Assembly (NCBI RefSeq): GCF_011386835.1
Contig: NC_088791.1
Span: forward strand, 275,590,001-275,654,000
Source: Chrysemys picta bellii
Lineage: Eukaryota
Direction of reading: 5' to 3'
DNA: 64,000 nt
The translations under genes and the position numbers were made by a program. The first letter of the stretch is position 1. Each line of letters begins with the position of its first letter. This document shows, in pieces, positions 1 to 12,636 of the stretch. The notes below the pieces were generated by a model. It saw only the letters and a list, made by a program, of their open reading frames with translations. It searched no databases and was not told where the DNA came from.

Positions 1-553
1 TCCGGCTTTTCAGCAGTCAAACCCCTGTCCGGGGGGAATTGCCAAAAAGCCAAACATGTCCGGGAAAATGGCGGCTCTGCTCCTCCCCGGCTCTTCGGCT
101 CTGTTTAAGAGCCGGGCTGCCCGAGCGCTACCGGCTTCGGGCAGCCCCCGTGCCTCCAGACCCTGCGCCGCCGGAGCCCGGGAGGGGAAGTGCCCGGCTG
201 GGGGCGCAGGGTCCGGAGGCATAGGGGCTGCCCAAAGCCCGAGCGCTACCGGCTTCATGGTTTGCCGGGCAGCCTCCAGACCCTGCGCCCCTGGCTGGGC
301 GCTTCCCCTCCCGGGCTCCAGCTGCGCTGGGGAAGCGCCGGCTGGGGGCGCAGGGTCTGGGGGCTGCCCGGCAAACCCTGAAGCCGGTAGCACTGGGGCA
401 GCCCTTTCCCCCTGGCTGGGAGTGGGAGGGAGGAGGGTGCGGAGTTAGGGTGGGGAAGGGGCAGAGTTGGGGCGGGACTAGGGGTGGGGAAATGGGCGGG
501 GCCAGGGCCCGTGGAGGGTCCTCTTTTTTTATTTACGAGATATGGTAACCCTA
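1..553 (-). mobile_element. Non-autonomous hAT-type DNA transposon (TAGGGTTACCA-type TIR), truncated by window start
   Basis: Ends in TATGGTAACCCTA (541-553). The reverse complement of this end resembles the start of the element at 19131. GC-rich interior with repeated inverted segments. Confidence 0.8.
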
Positions 554-3386
554 GTTTCATTAGAAGACTGAGTAAGACTCTTCAGACTTTCCCCATTATT
601 AACAGGGTTTGTCCATTAACAGTTGTCTTAGCTTTGTAGAGACAATTCCTGAGTGATAATGAACACCCACAACTCTGCCTTAGTCAATGGAAGTTGCTAG
701 TGCTTGGAACCTCTCAGAATTCAATCTGGAAAGATTTTGCTTGCAGTGGTAAACTGCTTTCTGCCCAAGTGCAAGTTTAGGGTGGAATTTGTACTCAGAG
801 CTCTTTTTATTTAAGACCATTTTTAGGTGTTAACAGTGTGGGGGTGTTTTAACTGACTGTTTAAAATAACCCCTTTGACGCTTGAAAGCAAAATCTGTTT
901 TTTTGTTTAAATCTTCTTTCCTTCATCTCAGGAATCTTTGGTTTGTTGTTGTAGTGTTGCTCCTGATGGCTAGACTATTGCCGTGGATTCTTATTTTTTC
1001 TTATCAGACATGAATAATTACAGGGACTTTGCAACAAGGAAAGAAGCTAGTTCCAGTTTAGAGCTCACCAGTTTAAATTGTGTCCCAGTTGCAGCATGCT
1101 GTTTTACCTGTTGTGTGTTTTGACTGGCTACCAGTGAGTTACCAGTGTTTAAATTCTAGTTAGTATGCTTTCCAAATCTTTGAAATATTTAATTGCTAAC
1201 AATAAATTATTAGTGCTGTAGGAACTAAGAAAAGCAAAGGATTTAGGAGCAATCTCTGAACAAAATAGCAGCAGAAAAATAATCTTTTTCAGAATAAAGA
1301 TAACTGACAGGAAATATAACCAAAAGAGAGAGAAACTGGTGGGAACCAACTCTTTTTTGTCCCCTGAGGGAGGAATACTTTATTTCTTAACCTTATGCCA
1401 GTCCAAGTCAGAAGAATTTAAATTCCATGTGATCATTTGTACTGGATTTGGGATTGTTTGTCCATCTAGTTTTCAAACGGCAAAGCAGGTGCTCTATTTG
1501 CCCAACTGCTATTTAGTTAGTTGCATCAAAGAAAAGCAGAAGTTGTAGTGAAGTGAAAGCAAATTGAAGAAAATGCAAATCTTGACATGAACAGCAAGAG
1601 TAAAGAGTTACTCCTGGGTCAGTCGTAATGAAGGGATTTAAGTACAAAAAATTTCAGATAAGTATTGTAATTCAACGTGATCTTATTTCTTGGAAGAGCA
1701 ATCTTGGGAGGATACTTTACAGATTTATTTTGAAAGTAAGCTTTAGATAAGTGAAGAACAGTTTGTATTTGCAGTTAAATGAAAATAAGCAGTAAGTTAC
1801 AAAGTGTGTCATACATAATAACTGCCTCAAGAAGCTGTCTAGTTTTCAACATAGCATGTACTGTCTAGCATGTAGTACCTCACAAAAAGAGGTAGCAGAT
1901 ATACTGGTGTGCTTTAATATAATATAGTTAGAGTTTGCCAAAATGAGAAAATGGGTTATTGTTCCTTCAGACAGACACTTGAAAAATTTCCCATAAAGCA
2001 TGTCTTAAAGCTCTGGTTAATATACAGTATTCTACATTCTGTTTCTACAAGGCACCTATCTTCACATTACGTTCTGGCTGTCGAAGAGTTAAAGTACAAA
2101 CTGATAAATGTCTGAGGCATTTCATTGTATTTCTAATTTCGGTTTTTGGGTTATATATATGCAAAGGATTTCAGTATTAAGGATCAAAGAGTATATTTGT
2201 TCAGCAGCTTTACTGAGAATAATCATTTTTATTTAGAACTGAGCTGTGAAGAGAGTGCCTGGTAGAAACAGAATGTAGAATACTGTACTGTATATTAACC
2301 AGAGCTTTAAGTCATGCTTTAGGGAAAATGTTTTAACAGGCAATGACCAAACACATACAAACATGCTTCACCTTGCCAGAAGCCTTGTTTGTGCTTGCTA
2401 GACACAGAAAGGACCATTATAAACAAAATCCAAAGCTGTTTTTCCGGGGGCAGAAAGAGTCAATATATCAGAATTTTTAAATTTTTTTATTTTACTTTAG
2501 TTCAGTTAAATTTTTAGGGATCTCGTTGTATTTGCATGACTTCCAAACTGAGATCTTTATGTATGGAACCTTTACTATGAGAATGCATGCTCAACATTTT
2601 TAATGAGAAAACTGTTCAGGTGCTACAGCAACATCCATGTTTTTAGTTCAGCTGTTTGCACTATTCTTCAATCCTTTCCTTTCTAGCAATTCTACTTTTT
2701 GGCTGTTTAACATTTTATACCGTCAGATATTACCTACTTATGTTTGAAAATGCAGTGTATTTTAATTGCTTGTATAAATCCCTGCGTGCCTAAGTGTGGG
2801 TAGGCTATTAATATTACATAGCATGCAGTTGTAGTTTTAGTTTTACTAGTTCACATGTTATGAGACAACGAAAAGAACTGGGGGTAGAGGGAGGGTAGGG
2901 AAGGAAGGGAGGGTAGGGAAGGAATTCATCGCTTTTGAAGCAATTAAAAAATACCCCTTCTCGAAGCAACTTGTTTTCAATTCACGTTGAAAAATGCAAC
3001 AAATCTTTTTTTTTTTCTCTCCCTGTGTCCTATGAAAAGTTTCTTCCTAACACATGCTTATTGACTAAGCAAAATCTGAAATTAGAACTACAGTGATCAC
3101 CCTTAGTGTTTTTACCAGGAGGGATATTAGTAGAACCTGAATAAGCTTTCCAGCCTGTAGAAATGTTTGCCCTGTAAGGCCCAATGGTACCCTCCTGTGA
3201 TAAAGCCTTGGAAGACTCCTTTGAATGTTCCCCTCAGGTTGACATGCAGTTTGATGGATCACAGAGATAAGGATAATGCTTCCCAACCCTGGTAGCTGCA
3301 AAAACCTGGTGCTTCAGTTCTCCGTGCTGGTGGCTGGTCTGTTATTACCCCCATGGCAGCAGCCTCTGGAGCCATACTGCCATCAG

Positions 3387-4025
3387 TAGGGCCCTACCAA
3401 ATTCATGGTCCGTTTTGGTCAATTTCATGGTCATAGGATTTTAACAAGCGTAAATTTCATGATTTCAGATGTTTAAATCTGAAATTTTAGGATGTTGTAA
3501 CTGTGGGGGGTCCTGACACAAGAGGTTTTTTTGGGGGAGGTTACAAGGTTATTGTAGGGGGGTCGTAGTATTGCCACCCTTACTTCTGCACCGCTGCTGG
3601 TAGCGGTGCTGCCTTCAGAGCTGGGCGGCTGGAGAGCGGCGGCTGCTGGTTGGAAGTCCAGCTGTGAGGGCAGCGCCACTGCCAGCAGCAGTTCATAAGT
3701 AAGGATGGCATGGTATGGTATTGCCACTCTTACTTCTGCGCTACTGCCTTCAGAGCTGGGCACCCGGCCAACAGCTGCTGCTCTCCAGCAACCAGGGAAC
3801 AACACAGAAGTAAGAGTGGCCATACCATGACCCCCCTACAATAACTTTGCGACCCCCCCCCATGACTCCCTTTTGGGCAGGACCCCCAGTCTGAGAAACG
3901 CTGGTCTCCCCTGTGAAATCTGTATAGTATAGGGTAAAAGTACACAAAAGACACATTTCACGGGGAAGACCAGATTTCACGGTCTGCGACGCATGTTTCA
4001 CGGATATGAATTTGGTAGGGCCCTT
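3387..4025. mobile_element. hAT-type MITE
   Basis: TIRs TAGGGCCCTACCAAATTCA / TGAATTTGGTAGGGCCCT. Degenerate 8-bp TSD GCCATCAG/CCCATTAG. Internal duplication (ATTGCCAC.CTTACTTCTGC near 3570 and 3720). Confidence 0.8.
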
Positions 4026-6199
4026 CCCATTAGCATCTATGTCCATGCCTGGACAACTTCTCCCTCTGAGGGGAGCTGGGAGTTAATGTCTGGTTGCCCA
4101 CTGAGTTCAGAGTGGGGTGACTATAGTGGTGTTGATCCTTCTGACCTCCAGCATGCACCTGCCTAACCTAGGTACTAAAATGCTGGACTAGTACACATCT
4201 GAAGTAACTCCTCTGAAGTTAGCTAATCTGGATTTTCATTAGTGTAACTGAGAGCAGATTCCAGCCCACTAGGCCTCGATACTGAGTTGAACATTATGAG
4301 CAATACCTTAAGATAGTTGTATAGAAATCTATCACCACATACTTGAAAGTTTGGGAAAATATAGTAGAGCTGATATGACCACTTCTGCACCCAGCTTGGC
4401 CAGCTTCTGGTTCCATCTGCTCATTTTAGTGGTGGAGCTTATAAATAACTTGAATATTTATTTGAGGTGTGGGTTACTTACTTTTCCTGTTACCCTATAA
4501 TACATCCTTACATGCCTTTCAGATCAGATTTTAAATTTTAGGTCCTCTTAGCTCAGAGGCAAATTATCAAAGTAGAATTTAAGAAATTCCAAGGCACTCT
4601 ATTTTATGTTTTGTGGGTTTTTTTTTTAAATTTTATTTGAGGTATTCTCAGAAAAAATACTCTACACTTTTTTAAATAACCACTTGTATCCCATTGTATG
4701 CTTCAAGCTGTGTGCATAAGTCTGACACCAATTACCTCTACAATAGTCAATTGTTTTTGGAAAAAGAAATGAGGAACTAAGATAGTCATTCAGAATTACA
4801 GGGGAATTTTGGAAGATAATGCATAATTACCAGCATTATCTTACGTGCCCAAGGATGTGAGACTTATTGTGTGAAGTGCATAATGGTAGCCATGTTTGTC
4901 TACAGAGAAACAACCAGTGAAGCACAAGTAACTCATCACATTGTACATACTGAAGGTCAGAAAGGTGCAATATTAAACCATAGACTAAAATGTGCAGTAG
5001 CTACCTCTCCACCTCTAATTTTTCTATGCATGTTAAATACACTGGTGATGTTTCACCTTTCTTTGCAGTCACTTGCCCCAGAATTGCATGTCCCCAAACT
5101 GCATCCCCCTTTTGAGTGCTTGCGCTAGAATAATGGCTTTGTTTTTATTATTTGTATAAAGAATGATAAAAAGAAGGGGTTATGCTTCTCTTTTCTTGTT
5201 CTCAAGGGTTACATTTTTGTAAGATTTGTAATGATTTAGCTTTATGTTCTAATGCATGATGCAAACATTTGAATAAATGTAAATAGTGGTGGTAGTTTGC
5301 ATCCTTAGTAATACCTCTGTAACAAATTAATAAATAGACCCAAATCCTATTGCTTTACCTCCATGACTTGTCTCTTTGACGCTCTCATGAAGTGAGCAGA
5401 TTTTGGCCCAAAATGAATTGTATCTTCTGCAGTTACATGTCATGATTTTCAGACTACTCTTTTCATCACCTCATTTAGATTAGTATTCACATACCATTCT
5501 CTGTAGTTGTGTATATAATAGAAATAGTATTCCTTCTTTTATTATCCACAGAAAATGTGTAAGGCAACTATTGGACCATAGAAAGATTAAAAACTGGGAT
5601 TTTTTTCAGTGTTTTGGTAGGATGTGACACTAGCTAATCCAAAAACCAATCCTAGCTTTTACAATGGATCATTGTTCAGTTTACAGTATTCGATACAAGA
5701 GTTGCCCAAACCTCTGCTGAACCTGCAGTCCTTGAATGGGCAGATAAAACAAAAAAACAGGATAGATTGGGTACATACAGACTTAATGTGGTCCTTTTGT
5801 TCAGATGATAAACCGCATAATCGTTCTGTTTTAAAGTTCAGTAAACTGAAGTTTTCCAAAGACCAGAACTGGCTCTGATGAAGGTACATATTTGTGACCT
5901 TGGTTCAGCATGTTGCTTAGGGCAACATAGCGAACATAACTGTAGCTTTTAATATGACATGGTCTAGCTCACTTGCATGCTTTCTCTTTTTTTACCAGTT
6001 GAGAGGTCAGAGATGCTGTTTACAATTGGCAAATTGTTGTAACATTCCATTTCAGACTTACTTCCTAAATATTATAGTGAGCACTTGTTGACCTGTCAGC
6101 CCTCCCTTTTCTATAGATCCAAGAGTCTGTAGCAGCAGTATCCATGGAGGATTAACAAAATTATATAAGTACTATAAGTCCTGGGGGCATGAAAAGTTC

Positions 6200-7288
6200 T
6201 GGTTCTTTTAGAACTTTCCTGCCAAAGGCTGCATCTGTAGATGCAATGTTCTGTAGTGTCCTGACAACCCATCATGATAAAGTTGCAGCCTTGCAGTATT
6301 CCTCATTTGACACTTTCAACCTGTCTTCCTGATGCATTGCCATCCCACTGGTTGAGTGCGCAATGGTAGTTACCTGTGATATTGCCCTGCTAACTTTGTA
6401 AACCTCTAAAATACACTCTTTTAATTTTATCTTAGTATTGAGGCTTTGGTAGTCGTCTTCTTTCCCCAGATGGCAGTGTGGGGTAAAGCACTGTAAAAGG
6501 ACTGCAGACTTTCTGTAACCCAGAGTCCAATGCAGGTGTTCTTTGAGAAACTCCACTGAGTGCCACCCACCTTCTTTAGGGAAGAATAGCTCAGATTACT
6601 CTGAGGTGCTGCAACAGAACCCTAATGGAGTACACGGTAATCCTGTGACAAGCACAGGCAAATCTCTGGCATCCCCCTTTTAGAGGACTTCCATATTGTA
6701 CAGAAACCCCATCACTTTTTTGAGATGAATGGTCCATTCTACCCCTTCTTCCTCTGCTGAATGTGTTCCAGCAGACTATTCCAGGAGTGCAGTCACATCT
6801 CTGTGATCAAGGGTTGTCTCTAGTCCATTTGAGGATGGCTGGTGCTATTTGTCCTTATCAGCTGCTTCTGCAAGTGCTTTGTCCAAGCAGTGTTCTGCCT
6901 AAATATTTAGGATTGGTAAAGATTCGTTTGACTTGTACATCTGCCTTCGGCAAATAAAGCAGTAGGTGTCTGCAGGCCAGTGTAACTGCCATGCGCTGAG
7001 CCATGGAAGGAGTGCAGGGAAGGATCAGTTGCAACAGAGTCAGCCAAGATTTTTTTAGTAACATAGGAACTCTGGATATATTCGATGCCCTCGTGGATTC
7101 AACCAGTGATTTGTTTGGTTCAGTGTCCTGAAATAATGAGATTTTCACATAATGAAACTCAACAGGACTTGGGTTCCTACCTGACTTAAGTGCTTTTGAA
7201 AATTTTACCACTTTTCTCCAGCAATGGCTAGTGCCAGATGCTTTAGAGAGAGGCATTTAAGCACCATAGTGGACAATTATAATATAAC
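6200..7288 (-). mobile_element. Heavily decayed non-LTR retrotransposon RT remnant (Vingi/Ingi/RTE-like; clade uncertain)
   Basis: Minus-strand ORF 6858-7256 contains ALKSGRNPSP (cf. ALKxGKAPGPD) and NPKYLGRTL (cf. PKYLGVTLD). Boundaries approximate. Confidence 0.4.
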
Positions 7289-7296
7289 TACCTCAC

Positions 7297-7800
7297 CTAA
7301 GCTCCCTCTAAGCTGTGCAGCTGCGCAACTGCCTATTAAGTGCCACGCAGGCGCTCAGGGCTGCGGCAGGGAGAGATGCCTCTGCCCAGGACCTGGACCT
7401 GCCCCTCCCCCAGTCCCGACCTAGCTCAGCCCTGGACCTACCACGGCCGGGGGACAGGCACCCTGACCCAGCCCGGTCCAGACCTGCTGCAGCCAGGAGA
7501 CAAGCACTTCTCCCCCCTCCACTGTAGTCCCAGGGAGCCGCATTGCACTCCAAGCCCCTCATCCCGGCCCCACCCCAGCCCAGAGCCCGCAGCCCTAGCC
7601 AGAGTCCTCACCCCCCTGCACCCCAGCCCTCTGCCCTAGCCCTGAGATCCCTCCCACACTCCGACTCCCTCAGCCCGACCCTGCCACATGAATTTTATTA
7701 TGTGAACCAATATGGAGGTGATGTCACACATCACCTCCATATTGGTTCACATAACAAAATTCATTCTGCACATGGGTGGGAAAAATTAGAGGGAACACTG
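7297..7800. mobile_element. hAT-type MITE
   Basis: Perfect 8-bp TSD TACCTCAC (7289-7296, 7801-7808). Right TIR TTAGAGGGAACACTG; left TIR diverged (CTAAGCTCCCTCTAA). Confidence 0.85.
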
Positions 7801-8617
7801 TACCTCACAGGGGAAAGTTTCCTTCTAATCTCCTGCTCCTCCTTGCTCTCTGCTGCCTCTTCCTCCATCAGTATTATCTGCTCAACTAGCTTCCTGTGGC
7901 CCATTTCTACGTGCTGGTTGGGGGTGAGATCAGTCTCCTTTGGAGCACTGCGACAGGATCTCTCTCTCCCCTGCTTTCCTGGCCTCTGCTCCTTCTGCTG
8001 GGAATGCTGGTAGAGAATGCAGACTCCCCTTTAGTGTGAGGCAGCGGAGGGGGAACACTCTCTAGTCATCCCCTTGTTCCCTGTCACTGTCAGCCGTCTC
8101 CCTGAAGAGTGGGAAGAGGGATGATGCATGAGGGGGGTTGCCTGAAGCTATAAGCACTTCCACCTTTGGGCTCATGAGCCTGCTTACTTTTAGTCTGTCC
8201 TGCCAATTAAATGAGTTGTTGGGTTTTGTGCTCAAGCGATGTCCTCACTTTGATGTGTTGCATCAGATCCTCTTTAGGCTGAAAGGAAAACAAATTGCAG
8301 CCATTTGAAGCCTGAATATTAGTTTATTTTCCTGCACTTGAATGTTTCTTAGTTTTTCAAATGGAATTTTGAAAAAAGATAAGCTTGAATTCTGAACATT
8401 AGACTAAGCACTGTGTCTCTGTACTAATGCTCCCTCTACCTGCTGTCTGGAGTGAATTTTGCAGCATCATTTGGCAATTGTGTTCAGGTTGTGGTCTGTG
8501 ATCATGATCTGCCTAACACTGACTCAGCATATGCATGTGTCTTTTTTGTGGTGTACCTTTATCAACTTTGTTTTCAAGCTGATTTTTTGGTTGCACTCTC
8601 TGCTTGTTTTCCTCCAG

Positions 8618-8778
8618 TGATGGGGAGGGAAGGAAAAGGACCTCATCTGTCTGCAGCAATGAGTCTCTAAATGCCAGTGGGGTCACTCTTACCCCCCGCC
8701 GCATCTCCTGGCGGCAGCGAATCTTCCTGCGGGTTGCTTCACCCATGAACAAATCTCCCTCAACAATGCAGCATAAAG
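8618..8778 (+). CDS. TBC1D4: TBC1D4/AS160 coding exon (~human exon 13)
   Basis: cctccag| ... |gtccgt, 161 nt. Encodes [17 protein letters not shown]...[23 protein letters not shown], including the RxRxxS Akt-type motif RKRTSS. Confidence 0.96.
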
Positions 8779-9716
8779 GTCCGTGGGGCTTCAAAGAGGG
8801 CAAACTGTGCACATACTATTGCTTATTACTCCTGGAAAGAAAAGTAGATGTTTAACAAAAAGCAACTTAATGCAACATTTGTAATGTACTTGCTGAACCA
8901 GATTTGGGAAATGTCTCATTGGGGTGGCTTTGAGTCTTTGTTTTGAACTGGTGTTTCTAGCAGTAGACGCAAACTAATTGCATTTTGCTATAGTTGCCGG
9001 CAAGGGCAAAGAAACTGCAAGAACTGCCTTTAGGTGATCAAAATATCTCTGTCAGCAAATATTGCCACACCCTGCTTATATAAGAGACAAGAATATTTAT
9101 TTTTTAAAAAGAGAGCATTTTGCCAGTGTTCTGTCCCAAATAGAACACAATCTGGATGTTAAGCACCCTTCCCTATTTTCTTTCTTTTTTAGTTCTAGAT
9201 GTTAATCTACTGGTCTCCTAAATGCACTAATGCATGAAATTGCTTCTAAAAATTCAAAGTTCTGACTAGTAAATATGGCTCCTATATCACTCTTCACAGC
9301 TGTGGAGCCACTACAGAAGTTCTCTAGATTCAGCGATTGTAGATGAACTGATTTATTGCACAAGTACTGTGATAGCAGAGAGAAAAACATGGCATCTCTG
9401 CTAGGTGGAACGTATAGCAAACTATGGCAGTTAACAAGCTTAACTGTAGAAAGAGGTAATAAGGATGCAGTGGGAGTGGTCAGCTATTAAGATGCCCTTT
9501 GTAACTTGGAGGGAAGTTTGTGGAAGGGTGCTCAATATAGCCATTGACCTTAAAGCTTCATTTAAAATGTTGCCTCCACTGTTAGAAAAGTGTGGTTTTT
9601 AGCTTATAATCAGTGTATTGTTGCTGAATATGATAGTAGAAATTGCTGTCTTCATTGCTGGCATGTATAGCCAATGTAATCTGGATTTCCAGTGATAGTT
9701 ATGTGATTCTTTGCAG

Positions 9717-9926
9717 ATGGGCTTGAGGGGAATGAATTGTTGCCACTGTCCCCTCTTGCTCCAGCCTTGGAGGAGGACCCTCTTTCTTTGATATTGCAAA
9801 ATGAGGATGCCCCAGATAAGGCTGGTGGGAGAAAAAAATCGGAAGAGTTGCAGAGTCTGTGGAGAAAAGCTATCCATCAACAAATCCTACTGCTTCGAAT
9901 GGAAAAAGAAAACCAGAAGCTGGAAG
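9717..9926 (+). CDS. TBC1D4: TBC1D4 coding exon (~exon 14)
   Basis: ttgcag| ... |gttagc, 210 nt, phase 1-1. Encodes [10 protein letters not shown]...[23 protein letters not shown] (calmodulin-binding region). Confidence 0.96.
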
Positions 9927-9950
9927 GTTAGCCACTCAGAGAAACAACTG

Positions 9951-10014
9951 GGCCTGGTTTTCAGAGGCCCAGACCACAAGCAGCTCCCATTGACTTCAAC
10001 TGAAAATCAGGGCC
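9951..10014. repeat. Short palindromic MITE-like element (CCATTGACTTC family)
   Basis: GGCCTGGTTTTCAG ... CTGAAAATCAGGGCC inverted ends around CCCATTGACTTCA. Related copies at ~16714-16785 and ~28773-28844. Confidence 0.55.
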
Positions 10015-10981
10015 AGTGCTATTATAAGTTATGCAGTAGTTTCAGAAATAGAATTGGTGCAAGACTGAGGTTTACAATCTTAGAAGCGCTGCTGTTCCAT
10101 GCAAAACTTGCAGTTTTTCCTTGATTTAGTGATTAAAATACCTGAAAAGACTGGGCATATTAAAGGATGACACAGCTGGCATATGACTTATTGTTCTGGT
10201 TGTTTCAAAAAAGGCATAGATGCAAAATCTTCCATGATTTAAACACTCTTTTCATGAGGTGGAGCAAAGATATAGCATACTGCAGTACATTCTCCATCAA
10301 GTTCCCCTTCTTTATAAAAGTACACGCTTATATGTCAGTTTTGCAATTTAAAAACATGCTTTCTGTCAGAGTAAGATTCTGCATACTTGTGTGTGTATAT
10401 ATTTAGTATAAACCATTGCTATACATATCCTAGGCAACCAGATTCTGGAATACCACCATACAGGATTTATTCCTCTTTCATCTTATAGCAAACTGGCATG
10501 AATACTTAAATCATCAGTGAACTGCTCTCTTCATGCCTCATTTCAACAGGGTAGCGAATGATTTTATATTGCACTGTCCCGATAGGTGTTATACATCATA
10601 AAAACATATGATGTTCCAACAAATGTTTCTTGTATATTTTCCAGTCTTTCCTACTCTACCAGACAAGTAATTAAGGTCCTAAATTTTTCATGAGCAATTA
10701 GTATTTTGGTGCTTCAATTTTTTGAGTGCTCAACTTGAGATACCCTAAAGGTGCTTCATTTTTCAGAAGACGAGTGCTCAGCACTTTATGAAAATCAGGT
10801 CCTGATAAGGGTCTGAAGTTGGACACACACTCTATTCATTTATCAACATTTTGGCCAAGATTCTTACTACTGTTATTCAGGATTCCTTCTACAAAAGGTA
10901 GTAGTCAACATCCTGGTCTAAATGTAAAACTTGTAGAAATCAAAAAAGATTTAATTTACACTTAGTGCCTTTACCCTAAAG

Positions 10982-11293
10982 CAGGGGTCGGCAACCTTTC
11001 AGAAGTGGTGTGCCAAGTCTTCATTTATTCACTCCGATTTCAGGTTTTGCGTGCCAGTCAGACATTTTAAAATATTTAGAAGATCTCTTTTCATAAGTCT
11101 ATAATATATAACTAAACTATTGTTGTATGTAAAGTAAATAAGGTTTTTAAAATGTTTAGGAAGTTTAATTTAAAATTAAATTAAAATGCAGAGCCCCCCG
11201 GACCAGTGGCCAGGACCCGGGCAGTGTGAGTACCACTGAAAAATTGGCTCGCGTGCCGCCTTTGGCACGCGTGCCATAGGTTGCCTACCCCTG
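10982..11293. mobile_element. hAT (Charlie-like) MITE
   Basis: TIRs CAGGGGTCGGCAACC / GGTTGCCTACCCCTG. Perfect 8-bp TSD CCCTAAAG. Confidence 0.9.
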
Positions 11294-12633
11294 CCCTAAA
11301 GAAACTGCAAATAGTAATTTGCATATATTGTCCTGTGCAGTCTTTAAGTTTCCAGAGGCTGGCATTATGCTGCAGTCTCATTCTTTCAGCATAGAAATCC
11401 TTACCATCCTCATTTTGTGAAAGTCTCATGCCCACCTCCCATTTCTCCATTTCTTTAGTGCACCATATAGGCACCAGTCCATGCTAAGGATACTAGGGGA
11501 GAAGAAGAAAAAAAATGGCAGGAGCCTTTCCATGTGACTGCAAACCCATGCCCTTGAATACACTGCTTTAGCACATATTGTGTTACCCTCCCAGTTTGAA
11601 CGACATAGAGTTTGTAGGGAACATCTACTGATTATTTAGTCATTGAAGAATGGCCAATCCAACCAAATCCTTTATTCTTGGCTATTTTTTTTTTTAGCAA
11701 CCTGCCAGTCTGTGTTTGGGAAGAGAAGAGGCCACAATGAATAAGCCCTGGTTATTCCTTTAGATTCTTTGTACTTCAGCAAGGGCTGTTTGTATCTTGA
11801 AATCTCAAACCTTGCAGGTATCACAGACACTTAAAACTAATCTGACCTCTGCAAGAACAAATGATAAAACAGCTAAAGAAATAAGTGGTTTATAGAGTAA
11901 AGAACATAAAGCTAATGCCTCTTTCTTAGTTAATGATTAACACTAAATGTGCATGTCTGGTCTCTGGTAAAAACTAGAAAATAACAGTGTAGTAACTGCA
12001 TTCCAGTTTTGAACCCACTCGGTTCTCTGACTTGTGGAGTTTTATCAGCTGAGAATGCATTGCTGCCAATACATTGGACTTAATCTCACCAAGTAAATGC
12101 AGGTGACTTTGCTTAAGGAACCTAGGCACTGGTTATCCAGTGTAAGAGGGGACAGGATGACTTGAGACAAAGTATAGGTTGTTCTGGAAATTTTCCCAGT
12201 CTCCATATAAATTTTGCATTTGTTTGGTTGGCATATTTATAGTCCAAGCACGTGTGGTATTGTGTGGAAAGCACCTATTGAAAGCTGACGCACTTTGAAG
12301 TGAGCAGGGTATTTCATTATTACACCTTGATTCAAATGGTGGTTGGTCTCCCAACACTACAGTCCATTACAGACTTCAGAAAATGTAAACATAAACCCAG
12401 AACGGGCTGAAACCTCTAGTGGCAGCCTGATTCTTAGTTGTATATTCATCACACTGATTATTATTGCTTTGGTTTTGATGTGCAATTTCCACCCCTTTAT
12501 GAAATAGCTCTCAGCAGTTCTTATCTGCTAATGTGTTGTATTAAATGTACTGATTAAAATATTAACAGAATCTCTCCCACTGTTCTTTGTGCCTTCGAGG
12601 AGACTTGAATGCTAATAGTTATTTGTTCTGCAG

Positions 12634-12636
12634 AAG
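12634..12636 (+). CDS. TBC1D4: Candidate 3-nt alternative microexon of TBC1D4 (adds one Glu)
   Basis: gctaat...ttatttgttctgcag|AAG|gtaaga inside a phase-1 intron. G|AA G|CA gives KLE-E-ASR. Confidence 0.6.

Noticed and set aside
10-560. Overlapping Pro/Gly/Ala-rich ORFs here and at 7224-7639, 19136-20343, 26836-27477 and 59496-60203
   Set aside because: All lie inside GC-rich MITE interiors on both strands. They are low-complexity, stop-poor artefacts.
2888-2925. 18-bp tandem duplication GGGAGGGTAGGGAAGGAA
   Set aside because: Ordinary slippage duplication, noted only for its weak G4 potential.
4906-4927. Possible equivalent of the short human exon 12 (tacag|AGAAACAACCAGTGAAGCACAA|gtaact, ETTSEAQ)
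   Set aside because: It is 22 nt, so not frame-preserving, and ends in phase 0 whereas the next exon needs phase 2. Similarity to QDTASES is weak.
5069-5128. Strong-looking acceptor (tttcacctttctttgcag) with short ORF SLAPELHVPK
   Set aside because: No convincing donor and no recognisable TBC1D4 homology in any frame.
7810-8013. Glu-rich minus-strand reading (EQIILMEEEAAESKEEQE) suggestive of a gag or coiled-coil fragment
   Set aside because: Too short, with no diagnostic motif or splice signals I could support.
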